This document shows, piece by piece, positions 1 to 8,325 of a DNA stretch of 64,000 nt. Location: contig CBDBPR010000003.1 in assembly GCA_965208935.1 (NCBI GenBank), forward strand, positions 91,877 to 155,876, written 5' to 3'. Under the pieces are notes generated by a model. It saw only the letters and a list, made by a program, of their open reading frames with translations. It did no database searches and was not told the DNA's origin. The stretch is from Longimicrobiales bacterium (GTDB lineage: Bacteria; Gemmatimonadota; Gemmatimonadetes; Longimicrobiales; Gaopeijiaceae). Made by a program: the position numbers and the translations under genes. Every line of letters begins with the position of its first letter. The stretch's first letter is position 1.

Positions 1-118
1 CCAGGGACTCCATTACACTCCCGGTCGCCATGTTCGGTGTTTTTGGTGCGGCGAGTTGGCGCGATTCTTGCTATATTGCGTGTCCTTCACCGGCTTTGGA
101 CAGAAAGTGGACAACGCA

Positions 119-3100
119 ATGCAACCCGGTCGGGCGACAAGGCCGCCGCTTCGGCGAGGCGGTTCGCGGTTGGCCATCCTGCTTGGCATCGTGTTGCCGG
201 CGCTTTCCTGCCATGACGACGCGCCGGAGCCGTTGAGCCCGTTCACGGAGACGGCTCCCTCGGCGCAAGCGAGTCTCACGGAGCCTGACCGAGCCACGCT
301 TGTGGAGTTCTATCGTGCGACCGGCGGCGATGACTGGAAGAACAACGGCGGCTGGCTCTCGGACGACCCGATCGGCACATGGCATGGCGTGAGGGTGGAG
401 GGCGGCCGGGTGGTGCGGCTTGACCTCAGGGACAACAACCTGAGGGGGCGCCTTCCGAAGATCGTTGCCGAACTGGCCGGCCTTCGCGTTCTGAGTCTGA
501 GCAGCGGGTCGTCCGGGAGCCCGAACAGGAACAGGCTGTGGGGCCGGATTCCGCCCGAGTGGGGCGATCTCTCCGAATTGCGGGAGTTGCGGCTGGGACT
601 GAACCTTCTTTCCGGCACCATTCCCACCGAACTGAAGCGGCTGTCGCGCCTGGAAGTCCTTGGGTTGGGGTTCGCGGGCGTTGAGGGTCCGCTGCCCGCG
701 TGGCTGGGCGAACTGACGGAGCTTTACGAACTGGGTTTGTCGGGGAACTACTTCGACAGCCCGATACCGCCCGAACTCGGTAACCTGCGCAATCTGAGAA
801 CGCTGGATCTGTCCGGAGCCGAGGTCTGGGGGCCGATACCGCCGGAGCTCGGCAACCTGTCGAAGCTCGGATACCTGTCCCTCAGCGACAACCATTTCTC
901 TGGCTCGATCCCGTCAGAGTTGGGGAAACTCGGCCGTCTCGGCAGGCTCTTCCTGTCGAGATCGAATCTGAGCGGCGCGATTCCTGCCGAGCTGGGGAAC
1001 CTGACGGACCTCACGACTCTTTGGCTCGACGACAACGACCTGACCGGGCCGATCCCTCCGGCGCTGGCCGATCTGGCGGAACTGGAGGATCTGTTTCTGT
1101 CGGGCAACCGGTTGAGCGGAAGCCTGCCACCCGAGATCGGCGGACTGTCGAAGCTGGAGCGGCTCTGGCTGTCGGGCAACGGGCTCGAAGGCGGCGTTCC
1201 ACCCGAGTGGGGAGGGCTTTCGAGCCTCCGCGAGCTGTTGCTGGGACGGAACCCTGATCTGGGCGGAGCGCTGCCGCGCGAGTTGACGCGTCTGGACCTG
1301 AACTGGCTGGATACGGACGCTTCGGGACTGTGTGCCCCCAAGGACCCCGAGTTCGCGGACTGGTTGGGCCGTATCGCGATTCAGGCGGCGGAGCCGTGCG
1401 GACAGGGCGACCTCGATGCCTATCTCATCCAGGCGACACAGTCCCGGAGCGGTCTGGTTCCGCTTGTTGCCGGCCGGAAGGCGCTGTTGCGGGCGTTCGT
1501 GACGGCGGCGGACGCCGTCGAGCGCTTCCCGGACGTGCGGGCGCACTTCTATCTGAACGGCGCGCCGGCACACGTCCTCGACATTCCCGGGAAGCCGGGT
1601 CCGGTTCCGGGCGAGGTGGACGAGGGCGATGCCGCGATATCCGTCAACGCGATGGTTCCGGGGTGGGTGATTCAGCCGGGCCTGGAGATGGTGATCGAGG
1701 TCGATCCGAACGGGGAGGTGGCCGACAGCGTCGACATGGCGCGCCGGATTCCGGGCGAGGGCCGGATCGAGGTGGACGTTACCGAAATGCCGGAGATGGG
1801 GTTGACGGTGATTCCGTGGTTGTGGCCGAAGGATCCCGAGGAGGAGATCCTGGACCTCATGCGGGGCATCTCGGCTGAGTCGGAGGTGTTCCACGCCACG
1901 CGGACGCTCCTGCCCGTCGGCGAGGTCGGCCTGGCGGTTCACGAACCGGTGTACACGACGACGAACTCCGGTTTTGAGATTCCCTACGAGGTGCAGGCGC
2001 TCCGGGCCATCGAGGGCGGGTCGGGGTACTACATGGCTCTCACGGCACAGGTGGACCGGGACCGTGGCGTCGCCGGCGTGGCCCTGCGCAGCGGGTGGTC
2101 CGCCTGGTCGGTGTTCAACGGCGGCGTCATCGCGCACGAACTCGGCCACAACCTGAGTCTGGGCCACGCGCCGTGCGGCACGTCGGGCGACCCGCGCTAC
2201 CCGCAGCCGGACGGGTCGGTCGGCACGTTCGGATTCGACCTCGATACCGGAATGGAGTCGGTCGTCCATCCCAACACGAAGGACTTCATGAGCTACTGCG
2301 GCCCGACGTGGGTCGGGGCGTGGCACTTCCGGGAGATGACCCGTCACCGCGTGAGGCGGGAAGTCTCGCCGACCGGGGGCGAGCGCGCGGCTCAATCGAA
2401 GTCGCTGCTCCTGTGGGGAGGGCGGGACGACAGGGACGGGCTCTTCCTGAAACCGGCGTTCTGGGTGGACGCGCCTTTGACGCCGCCGCCCCCCGGCGAC
2501 CGGTACGAGTTGAAGGGATGGTCGGCGACGGGCGAGCAACTGTTCTCCGTTCGCTTCGGCATGGTCGAGTCCGAGGACGGGGACGGGCGCGCGGGGTTCG
2601 CCTTCGCGCTCCCCGCGCGTGCGGAGTGGGGCGATCTGGCGGAAGTCGCCCTGAGCGGGCCGGGCGCGGCGGCGTTCTTGAACCGCGACACCGACCGGCC
2701 GTCGGTCATTCTGCGGGACGCCGCGACCGGTCGGGTGCGGGCGATGTTCATCGACGCCCCCGTCGCCGCCATGGCCGCGAGCGCCGATGGCGGGGCTTAC
2801 TTCTCGGGCGGTGCCCGCCTCGTGGCCGCGCGCAGTCATGGACTGCCGGACCCCGCCGACTGGGAACCCACGGGCGCGGGCGCAAGTTCGGGTGCGAGCG
2901 ACTCCGGCACCGTGGCTTCGATCACGGTAACGCCCGCTGCGGCGACAGTGGCCCTGGGGGATACGGTACGCCTCGTGGCGACCGCGCTGGACGCCGACAG
3001 CTCGGAGGTGGATGGGGTCGAATTCGAGTGGACTTCCGGCGACACGCTGGTGTTTTTGGTGGACCAAGCGGGGCTGGTCACGGCGCTCCGTGCGGGTTCA

Positions 3101-5770
3101 ACCGTCGTCACTGCGACTGCGGGCGGGGTGTCCGGACGGGCCGAGGTTCGGGCGGAGCAGCGCGCCGTGTCCGTGGTGTTGACCCCCGGGGCCGCAACGG
3201 TCGCGGCGGGCGACACGGTGCGCTTCACGGCGACGGCGCTTGATGTCAACGGCTCGCCCATGGCGAACGTCGACTTCGAGTGGGCCGCGAGTGACACCTC
3301 GGTGGCCTGGGCCGGTCGTTCCGGGCTTGCCTTTGGCTGGAGGGCCGGAAGCGCCACCGTATCGGTTCGCACCGACCGCGGCGTATCCGCTTCCGCCGAC
3401 ATGACGGTCGAGGGGGAGTTGGAGGTGGAACGGTTCGCGTTGACGCGCCTGTACGCTCGCCTGCGGGGGTGGGACTGGCGCGAAAGCGGCAACTGGCTCA
3501 CGGACGCCCCGCTCGCGGATTGGCACGGAGTCACCGTGAACAGGGGAACCGGCAAGGTCACCGGCCTCGATCTTGGAGCGAACAACCTGAGGGGGCAGTT
3601 GGGTCCCGAACTGGGAGCGCTTGGCGAACTGGAAAGACTCGGACTCGGATACAACACCATCCGGGGCAGGATACCGCCGGAGATCTGGCGGCTCGACCGG
3701 CTTTGGGTGTTGGATCTTGGTGGGCTGGGCCTCACCGGCCCGCTATCGCCCGAGATCGGGAACCTCTCCCGGCTCATCCAGCTGAACTTGGGCGGCAATG
3801 CGCTGTCAGGCGTCATTCCGCCGACCATCGGCGAACTGACGAACCTGATCAGCCTGAGTCTCTCGGACAACGTGTTCGAGGGACCGATACCGGCGGAAAT
3901 CCTGAACATCACGGATCTTGCGTCGCTTGATCTGGCCGGCAACCGGTTGACCGGAGAAATCCCGGCGGGGCTGGGTGAGCTCGCGAACCTCCAGTCACTC
4001 GATCTTCGGCGCAACCGGTTGACCGGAGAACTGCCGCCAAGCCTCGGCGGGCTCGAACTGCTTCACGAGCTTCGCGTCGCCGACAACGACCTGACGGGCG
4101 AACTGCCACCCGAATTCGGCGGGCTTCGGGCGATCGACCGGATCGACCTGGCGGGCAATGCCATGTTGCAGGGCGCCCTGCCCTCGGCCTGGGTCGAAAG
4201 GAACCAGAGGATGGACGTGAAGGCCGCGGGCACGGAGTTGTGCGCTCCCCGGCACGCGGGTGTTCTGGACTGGCTGCGCATGAACGACCTGACGTTCATT
4301 CCGGTCTGTGCCGGGGGAGAAGCGGCGTTCGCGTATCTCGTGCAGGCCGTCCAGTCGCGGCAGTACCCGACGCCGATCGTCGCGGGCGAGGACGCGCTGC
4401 TGAGGGTCTTCATGTCCACCGACGGCCACGCGGACATGCCGCCGGTCAGGGCCACCTTCCACGCGGGCGGCCGGATCATGCACACGGCCGACATCCCGGC
4501 GGGCCAGGCGCGCATTCCGCCGGAGATCGACGAGGGGGACCTGTCGAAGTCGGCCAACGCGGTCGTTCCGGGAGAAGTCGTGCAACCCGGCCTCGAAATG
4601 GTGATCGAGATCGATCCGGACGGCACCTTGGACACAGGGCTGGGCATCCCCGGCCGGATTCCGGCCGAGGGCCGGGCACCGGTCGAAGTGCGCGCGATGC
4701 CGGTGCTCGATCTCACGGTGATCCCCTTTCTGCAGGCGGACAACCCGGACTCCACATTGCTTGAGCGCGCGCACGACTTGGAAGCCGACACCAGCGTATT
4801 TCGTGCGGCGGACCGGCTCCTGCCGGTCGGCGAACTCGCAGTGACGGTGCATGAGCCCGTGTTGACCAACTCCGGCGACTTCGCCTGGGATCTGTTGCAT
4901 GAGACGGAGTTGATTCGGGTCGTCGAGGGCGGCGACGGCTACTACATGGGCCTCTTCGGCCACATCCGCTCGGGCGTCATCGGACAGGCTTCCTACATCG
5001 GGGGCAGGAGCCTCGTGTCCCTCGCCCACGCCGGCACGGTCGCTCACGAACTCGGACACGCGATGAGCCTTCTGCATACGCCGTGCGGCGTCCGGGGGGA
5101 CGACCCGGACTATCCTTGGCGGGACGGCTCGACGGGCTCGTGGGGATACGACTTCGCCACCGGGACCCTGGTGCCGCCGGAAGCCACAGACCTCATGGGG
5201 TACTGCGGCCGGCAGTGGATCAGCGGGTATCATTTCTCGAATGCGCTCGACCACCGCCTTCGCACCGAGGCGGCGGCACGACCGCCCGCGGTGGCGGAAC
5301 AGGCGCTCATCGTCTGGGGAGGCGTCGATGCCGCCGGGCAGCCCTTCCTGAAGCCCGCGTTCGCCGTCGAGGCGCCGCCCAGGCTGCCCGCACCGGGCGG
5401 CGACCACCGGTTGACCGTCCTCGCGGCCGGGGGCGAGACGCTGTTCTCGATCAGCTTCGACATGCCCGAGACCGCGCATCTGGACGGGGCGTCTTCGTTC
5501 GTCTTCGCCATCCCAGCGCCCGGGGGTTGGGCCGGAAACATCGAACGCATCACGCTCGACGGACCCGGCGGGACCGCGGCCTTGGACCCGGAGACCAGCG
5601 CGCCCGCCATCATCGTCCGGGATCCGACCGATGGGCGCGTGCTCGGCCTCCTCACCGACCCGCCGCCCAACCTGCTGCCCTCCGCGGATGGCCGGGGGAA
5701 CTCGCCCCTCTCGGGCTTCGATATCGTGGTAAGCAGCGGGCTGCCCGAGGTCCCGCCTGAGCGACGTTGA
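119..5770 (+). CDS. Giant lipoprotein with duplicated architecture: plant-type LRR array + metzincin-like Zn-metalloprotease module, two Big_2 Ig-like domains, then a second LRR + metalloprotease module
   Basis: ORF 56..5770. The ATG at 119 gives MQPGRATRPPLRRGGSRLAILLGIVLPALSC, a signal peptide with a lipobox. 24-aa LRRs (LxxLxLxxNxLxGxIPxELGxL) follow LRRNT-like caps (LVEFYRATGGDDWKNNGGW and LTRLYARLRGWDWRESGNW). Zinc motifs are HELGHNLSLGH (nt 2135-2167) and HELGHAMSLLH (nt 5045-5077). Two ITVTPAAATVALGDTVRL-type Big_2 repeats lie at nt ~2910-3410. Confidence 0.85.
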   Translation: MQPGRATRPPLRRGGSRLAILLGIVLPALSCHDDAPEPLSPFTETAPSAQASLTEPDRATLVEFYRATGGDDWKNNGGWLSDDPIGTWHGVRVEGGRVVRLDLRDNNLRGRLPKIVAELAGLRVLSLSSGSSGSPNRNRLWGRIPPEWGDLSELRELRLGLNLLSGTIPTELKRLSRLEVLGLGFAGVEGPLPAWLGELTELYELGLSGNYFDSPIPPELGNLRNLRTLDLSGAEVWGPIPPELGNLSKLGYLSLSDNHFSGSIPSELGKLGRLGRLFLSRSNLSGAIPAELGNLTDLTTLWLDDNDLTGPIPPALADLAELEDLFLSGNRLSGSLPPEIGGLSKLERLWLSGNGLEGGVPPEWGGLSSLRELLLGRNPDLGGALPRELTRLDLNWLDTDASGLCAPKDPEFADWLGRIAIQAAEPCGQGDLDAYLIQATQSRSGLVPLVAGRKALLRAFVTAADAVERFPDVRAHFYLNGAPAHVLDIPGKPGPVPGEVDEGDAAISVNAMVPGWVIQPGLEMVIEVDPNGEVADSVDMARRIPGEGRIEVDVTEMPEMGLTVIPWLWPKDPEEEILDLMRGISAESEVFHATRTLLPVGEVGLAVHEPVYTTTNSGFEIPYEVQALRAIEGGSGYYMALTAQVDRDRGVAGVALRSGWSAWSVFNGGVIAHELGHNLSLGHAPCGTSGDPRYPQPDGSVGTFGFDLDTGMESVVHPNTKDFMSYCGPTWVGAWHFREMTRHRVRREVSPTGGERAAQSKSLLLWGGRDDRDGLFLKPAFWVDAPLTPPPPGDRYELKGWSATGEQLFSVRFGMVESEDGDGRAGFAFALPARAEWGDLAEVALSGPGAAAFLNRDTDRPSVILRDAATGRVRAMFIDAPVAAMAASADGGAYFSGGARLVAARSHGLPDPADWEPTGAGASSGASDSGTVASITVTPAAATVALGDTVRLVATALDADSSEVDGVEFEWTSGDTLVFLVDQAGLVTALRAGSTVVTATAGGVSGRAEVRAEQRAVSVVLTPGAATVAAGDTVRFTATALDVNGSPMANVDFEWAASDTSVAWAGRSGLAFGWRAGSATVSVRTDRGVSASADMTVEGELEVERFALTRLYARLRGWDWRESGNWLTDAPLADWHGVTVNRGTGKVTGLDLGANNLRGQLGPELGALGELERLGLGYNTIRGRIPPEIWRLDRLWVLDLGGLGLTGPLSPEIGNLSRLIQLNLGGNALSGVIPPTIGELTNLISLSLSDNVFEGPIPAEILNITDLASLDLAGNRLTGEIPAGLGELANLQSLDLRRNRLTGELPPSLGGLELLHELRVADNDLTGELPPEFGGLRAIDRIDLAGNAMLQGALPSAWVERNQRMDVKAAGTELCAPRHAGVLDWLRMNDLTFIPVCAGGEAAFAYLVQAVQSRQYPTPIVAGEDALLRVFMSTDGHADMPPVRATFHAGGRIMHTADIPAGQARIPPEIDEGDLSKSANAVVPGEVVQPGLEMVIEIDPDGTLDTGLGIPGRIPAEGRAPVEVRAMPVLDLTVIPFLQADNPDSTLLERAHDLEADTSVFRAADRLLPVGELAVTVHEPVLTNSGDFAWDLLHETELIRVVEGGDGYYMGLFGHIRSGVIGQASYIGGRSLVSLAHAGTVAHELGHAMSLLHTPCGVRGDDPDYPWRDGSTGSWGYDFATGTLVPPEATDLMGYCGRQWISGYHFSNALDHRLRTEAAARPPAVAEQALIVWGGVDAAGQPFLKPAFAVEAPPRLPAPGGDHRLTVLAAGGETLFSISFDMPETAHLDGASSFVFAIPAPGGWAGNIERITLDGPGGTAALDPETSAPAIIVRDPTDGRVLGLLTDPPPNLLPSADGRGNSPLSGFDIVVSSGLPEVPPERR

Positions 5771-5865
5771 CGGAGCCGACGCCGACGCGGCGGGAGGCCC
5801 TTTGGGGGGGTTCGAAGGGGGGGGCGGAGCCAACCCCTCGCCAGCCCCGTTGTATGACAAGGGGT

Positions 5866-5903
5866 GGGCTGGCTGAGCCGCAGTAACGTGGTTCAGCCAG
5901 CCC
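5866..5903 (+). terminator. Possible stem-loop downstream of the giant gene (no U-tract)
   Basis: Perfect 11-bp inverted repeat GGGCTGGCTGA (5866-5876) / TCAGCCAGCCC (5893-5903) with a 16-nt loop, about 100 nt after the stop at 5770. Confidence 0.25.
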
Positions 5904-6205
5904 GGTCGGACGACCGCGAAACGCCCCCGTGCGTCTCCCGAGACCACGGTGCTGCGGCCTTGCAGCGCCCGCTCGGAAACCACCTCAAGGCTGACGACGC
6001 CAAGGGGTCAATCGGCGCGGAAAACGTCCCGGCTGTCGGCATTGTGAATGTCCCGGTTCGGCGACGGGCGCAGCCGCTGGCAAACGCCAGCGAACATTGA
6101 CGCCGCCCGACCACCCGTCGAGTATTGCAAACTGAGTACAAGTGACGACCCCCGAATCATCCGCGTCCACCGGGCGCGGACCTGCCTCCAGAAAGGACAG
6201 CGGAC

Positions 6206-6853
6206 ATGGGCAGCTTGCATGATGCCGTCATGCAGTACGTGGAACAGGAAATGAAGAAGGACCCCGGCGTGAAGAACGCCGCCCTGTTCGCCGGTGCCCG
6301 CGAGATCGACGAGTTGATCGGGGAACTCAGGCCGCAACAGTTCCACGCCAGGTATCGGCTGCCGGTGACGCGGCGGCTGGCGGAACAGCGACGGCCCGCA
6401 CGGCAAGCGAAGACGGCCCCGGCACCTGACCCCGCGCCAGCGTCATTGGGAGATGGTGCCGCCGTCATGGAGTACGTGGAGCGGACGCTCGAAGCGAACC
6501 CCGGAATCGCGAACGCGGACCTGTTAGCGGGTGCCCGCGAGATCGACCCCTCGGTCGGGCAACTCTCGGCCCGGCAGTTCCACGCGAGATACCCCCTCCA
6601 AGTCAAGGCGCGGCTCGCAAGGGCCGCCGCGCCCGAGCCCAAGCCGCCGCCGGAACCGGAGGTCCCAACGGCTGAGGAGCCCACCGCGCCGGACCTATCG
6701 TCGGCGGGAGACGGCGACCCGCTCGCGGTTCGCCGTCTGCTGCTCGATCTGGCCAAGGAACTCGCGAGCGCGGAGAGCAAGGCGGAAGTGATCGAGGTCA
6801 TGGCCCGGCTGGACGACTACGTGGCCGAGATCATGGAGGCGGCAGGGGACTGA
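6206..6853 (+). CDS. Hypothetical protein with an internal tandem duplication of a ~58-aa unit
   Basis: ATG at 6206 is preceded by GAAAGGA. Repeat 1 (nt ~6218-6391, AVMQYVEQEMKKDPGVKNAALFAGAREIDELIGELRPQQFHARYRLPV) and repeat 2 (nt ~6455-6628, AVMEYVERTLEANPGIANADLLAGAREIDPSVGQLSARQFHARYPLQV) are separated by a Pro/Ala linker. I recognise no family. Confidence 0.55.
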   Translation: MGSLHDAVMQYVEQEMKKDPGVKNAALFAGAREIDELIGELRPQQFHARYRLPVTRRLAEQRRPARQAKTAPAPDPAPASLGDGAAVMEYVERTLEANPGIANADLLAGAREIDPSVGQLSARQFHARYPLQVKARLARAAAPEPKPPPEPEVPTAEEPTAPDLSSAGDGDPLAVRRLLLDLAKELASAESKAEVIEVMARLDDYVAEIMEAAGD

Positions 6854-6890
6854 TTCACCCGCCAGCATCGGCGGCCGGAGCGGCGCGCGA

Positions 6891-7190
6891 CTTACGACCG
6901 TACTGGCGCGTGAAATCGACATGGAGGGTCGATTCACACTTTGGCCCTCCGGCGATTCACACCGGCCCTGCCGACTATCCGCTGGCGCGGCAACGTCTTG
7001 CGGCCCGGCCGTCCGGTGGCCCGTGGCACACGAGCGGTTCGGGCCGTGGTGGGAGCGACCCGCCTCGCCGAGGGCTCGGTACGGGCTCGGGCCGAGGTGG
7101 AAACTCACACCTCGCCCCCCGCCCTCCACGGGTCGCTCCCACACCATCGGTCCCTGCGGGAAGGCCCGTCAAGCGCCGCTTCGAGGCGCT
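6891..7190 (+). repeat. R-element copy R1 (structured ~300-nt repeat, + orientation)
   Basis: Aligns to 42571-42872 along its length. The closing stem GGGAGCGACC (7051-7060) / GGTCGCTCCC (7131-7140) encloses hairpins GCCGAGGGCTCGGT and GAGGTGGAAACTCACACCTC. It also has the conserved block TCCCTGCGGGAAGGCC (7151-7166) and a terminal hairpin AGCGCCGCTTCGAGGCGCT. Confidence 0.75.
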
Positions 7191-7338
7191 GGACCACACA
7201 CTCGCCGTACAACCCCTCCGGTCCAACGCGACCGGGCGTTCCATTCGCTTCTGTACTACGTTGAACCCGACGTTTCGGTTTCGCCGTTTCGGCCTCGACG
7301 GGCCGATTCACTCTCAACCGGGGGATCCGGCCATCGCG

Positions 7339-7773
7339 ATGAGAAAGCTGTTGTTGCTGGGTCTGGCGCTCTTGCCCGCGCAGGTCGAGGCGCAGGAGAG
7401 GCCCGGCCGGATGATGCTCGAAGCGGGACTCGTCGGCGGCAGCGGCGACGCCTGCCCGGGAAGGTACGTCGGCATCAAGGGACGGCTCGCCGGGCCGGTG
7501 TCCCTGTACGGCATGGTCGAGACCTACCGCTGTGCCGATTTCGCGGGCTCCGCCAACCGCATCGGAACCTCCGTCCGGCTCGGACGCGACCGCTGGTTCG
7601 TTCGCCCGGCGATGCGGGCGGGCATCGAGTACGACGGCGGAGACGTTTCGCCGACCGCCGGGGCGAGCCTGACGTTCGGACGGCGCTACGGCGCGCGCTT
7701 CATCCTCCACCTCGGTGAGGCCTCCGGGGGCACCCTGACGCTCTTCCAGATGGGCGGTTACATCTCGTTCTGA
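7339..7773 (+). CDS. Small secreted beta-barrel-like outer-membrane protein (144 aa)
   Basis: The signal peptide is MRKLLLLGLALLPAQVEAQ. The sequence has alternating Gly/aromatic beta-strand-like segments and a C-terminal ...GGYISF aromatic end. The upstream part of track ORF 6910..7773 is the R1 repeat and is not coding. Confidence 0.6.
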   Translation: MRKLLLLGLALLPAQVEAQERPGRMMLEAGLVGGSGDACPGRYVGIKGRLAGPVSLYGMVETYRCADFAGSANRIGTSVRLGRDRWFVRPAMRAGIEYDGGDVSPTAGASLTFGRRYGARFILHLGEASGGTLTLFQMGGYISF

Positions 7774-7798
7774 GCCCGAGCCGATGCGACCGACGGGG

Positions 7799-8110
7799 GC
7801 TCCGACGTTTCAGCCGGAACCGACCGTCGGAGCGACGCGCCGTTGGCCTTCCCGCACGGGATTGCTGGGCCGTAGCGACCCCCGCGGAGGGTGGGATGGG
7901 CAGTGCACATCCCAACCCTCCTCGATGCCACGACAGGCATCGAAATAGGGGGGTCCTACCGGCATCGGCCCTGAAGGCCGACACGGCATAGGCGCCCCGG
8001 TGGACGGATCGCAAGCCCAACAGCGCCAGCAGCTTGGGGAATCGGTGCTGTGCACGGCCAGGACGCTTTTTCGTGCACAACGACCCCCGCGTCACATGTG
8101 CACCTCTGGA
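7799..8110 (-). repeat. R-element copy R2 (inverted relative to R1)
   Basis: The reverse complement carries the same blocks: GCTGGCGC, closing stem GTAGCGACCCCC (7872-7883) / GGGGGGTCCTAC (7948-7959), hairpins TCGATGCC..GGCATCGA and GGGATG..CATCCC, ATCCCGTGCGGGAAGGCC, and terminal hairpin GCTCCGACG..CGTCGGAGC (7799-7833). Confidence 0.7.
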
Positions 8111-8325
8111 TCGGCATCGGGCGCACCGAAAACTGTCTCCGCGTTACCGCTTCCCGACCGAAGATCGGGGAGCTCCGGCGCGACCGGTAGACGGCGGATT
8201 CCCGGCCCGATTTCGCGGAGGATGCCACGCGCTTCGAGCACTCCGTCAGTCTGGCGGAGAACGCTACTCTCCGCGATACTTCGTTGCGCAGATCGTGCAG
8301 TCCATCAATCGAGAGGAATCGAACG

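Noticed and set aside
914-5983. Very long ORFs antisense to or out of frame with the giant gene (e.g. 914..3067 -, 2836..4014 -, 3995..5983 -, 2095..3243 +).
   Set aside because: They are Arg/Pro/Gly/Ala-rich with no motifs, and they overlap a frame that has strong LRR, Big_2 and HExxH signatures. High GC suppresses stop codons in all frames. The same reasoning applies to 10344..12056 +, 13754..15313 -, 19191..21263 +, 35325..37070 +, 56473..57798 -, 60400..61665 - and similar ORFs.
6910-7338. The upstream part of ORF 6910..7773, and ORFs 6921..7718 and 42437..42988, as proteins encoded by the R repeats.
   Set aside because: The copies differ by indels and by changes that preserve stem pairing rather than reading frame. 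The translated products are low-complexity Arg/Pro/Gly.
7872-7959. The ~90-nt Y-shaped R core as a hammerhead ribozyme or tRNA-like element (a hairpin followed by CGAAA in the minus-oriented copies).
   Set aside because: There is no CUGANGA box before the hairpin, and the + copies lack the GAAA context. The stem count and loop sizes do not fit a tRNA. The element is left unassigned.
6891-8110. R elements as integron attC sites with the integrase as IntI.
   Set aside because: Integron cassettes carry attC sites in one orientation and a divergently transcribed IntI. Here the elements are inverted around the gene, are about 300 nt long, and the integrase is co-directional. I saw no GTTRRRY core.
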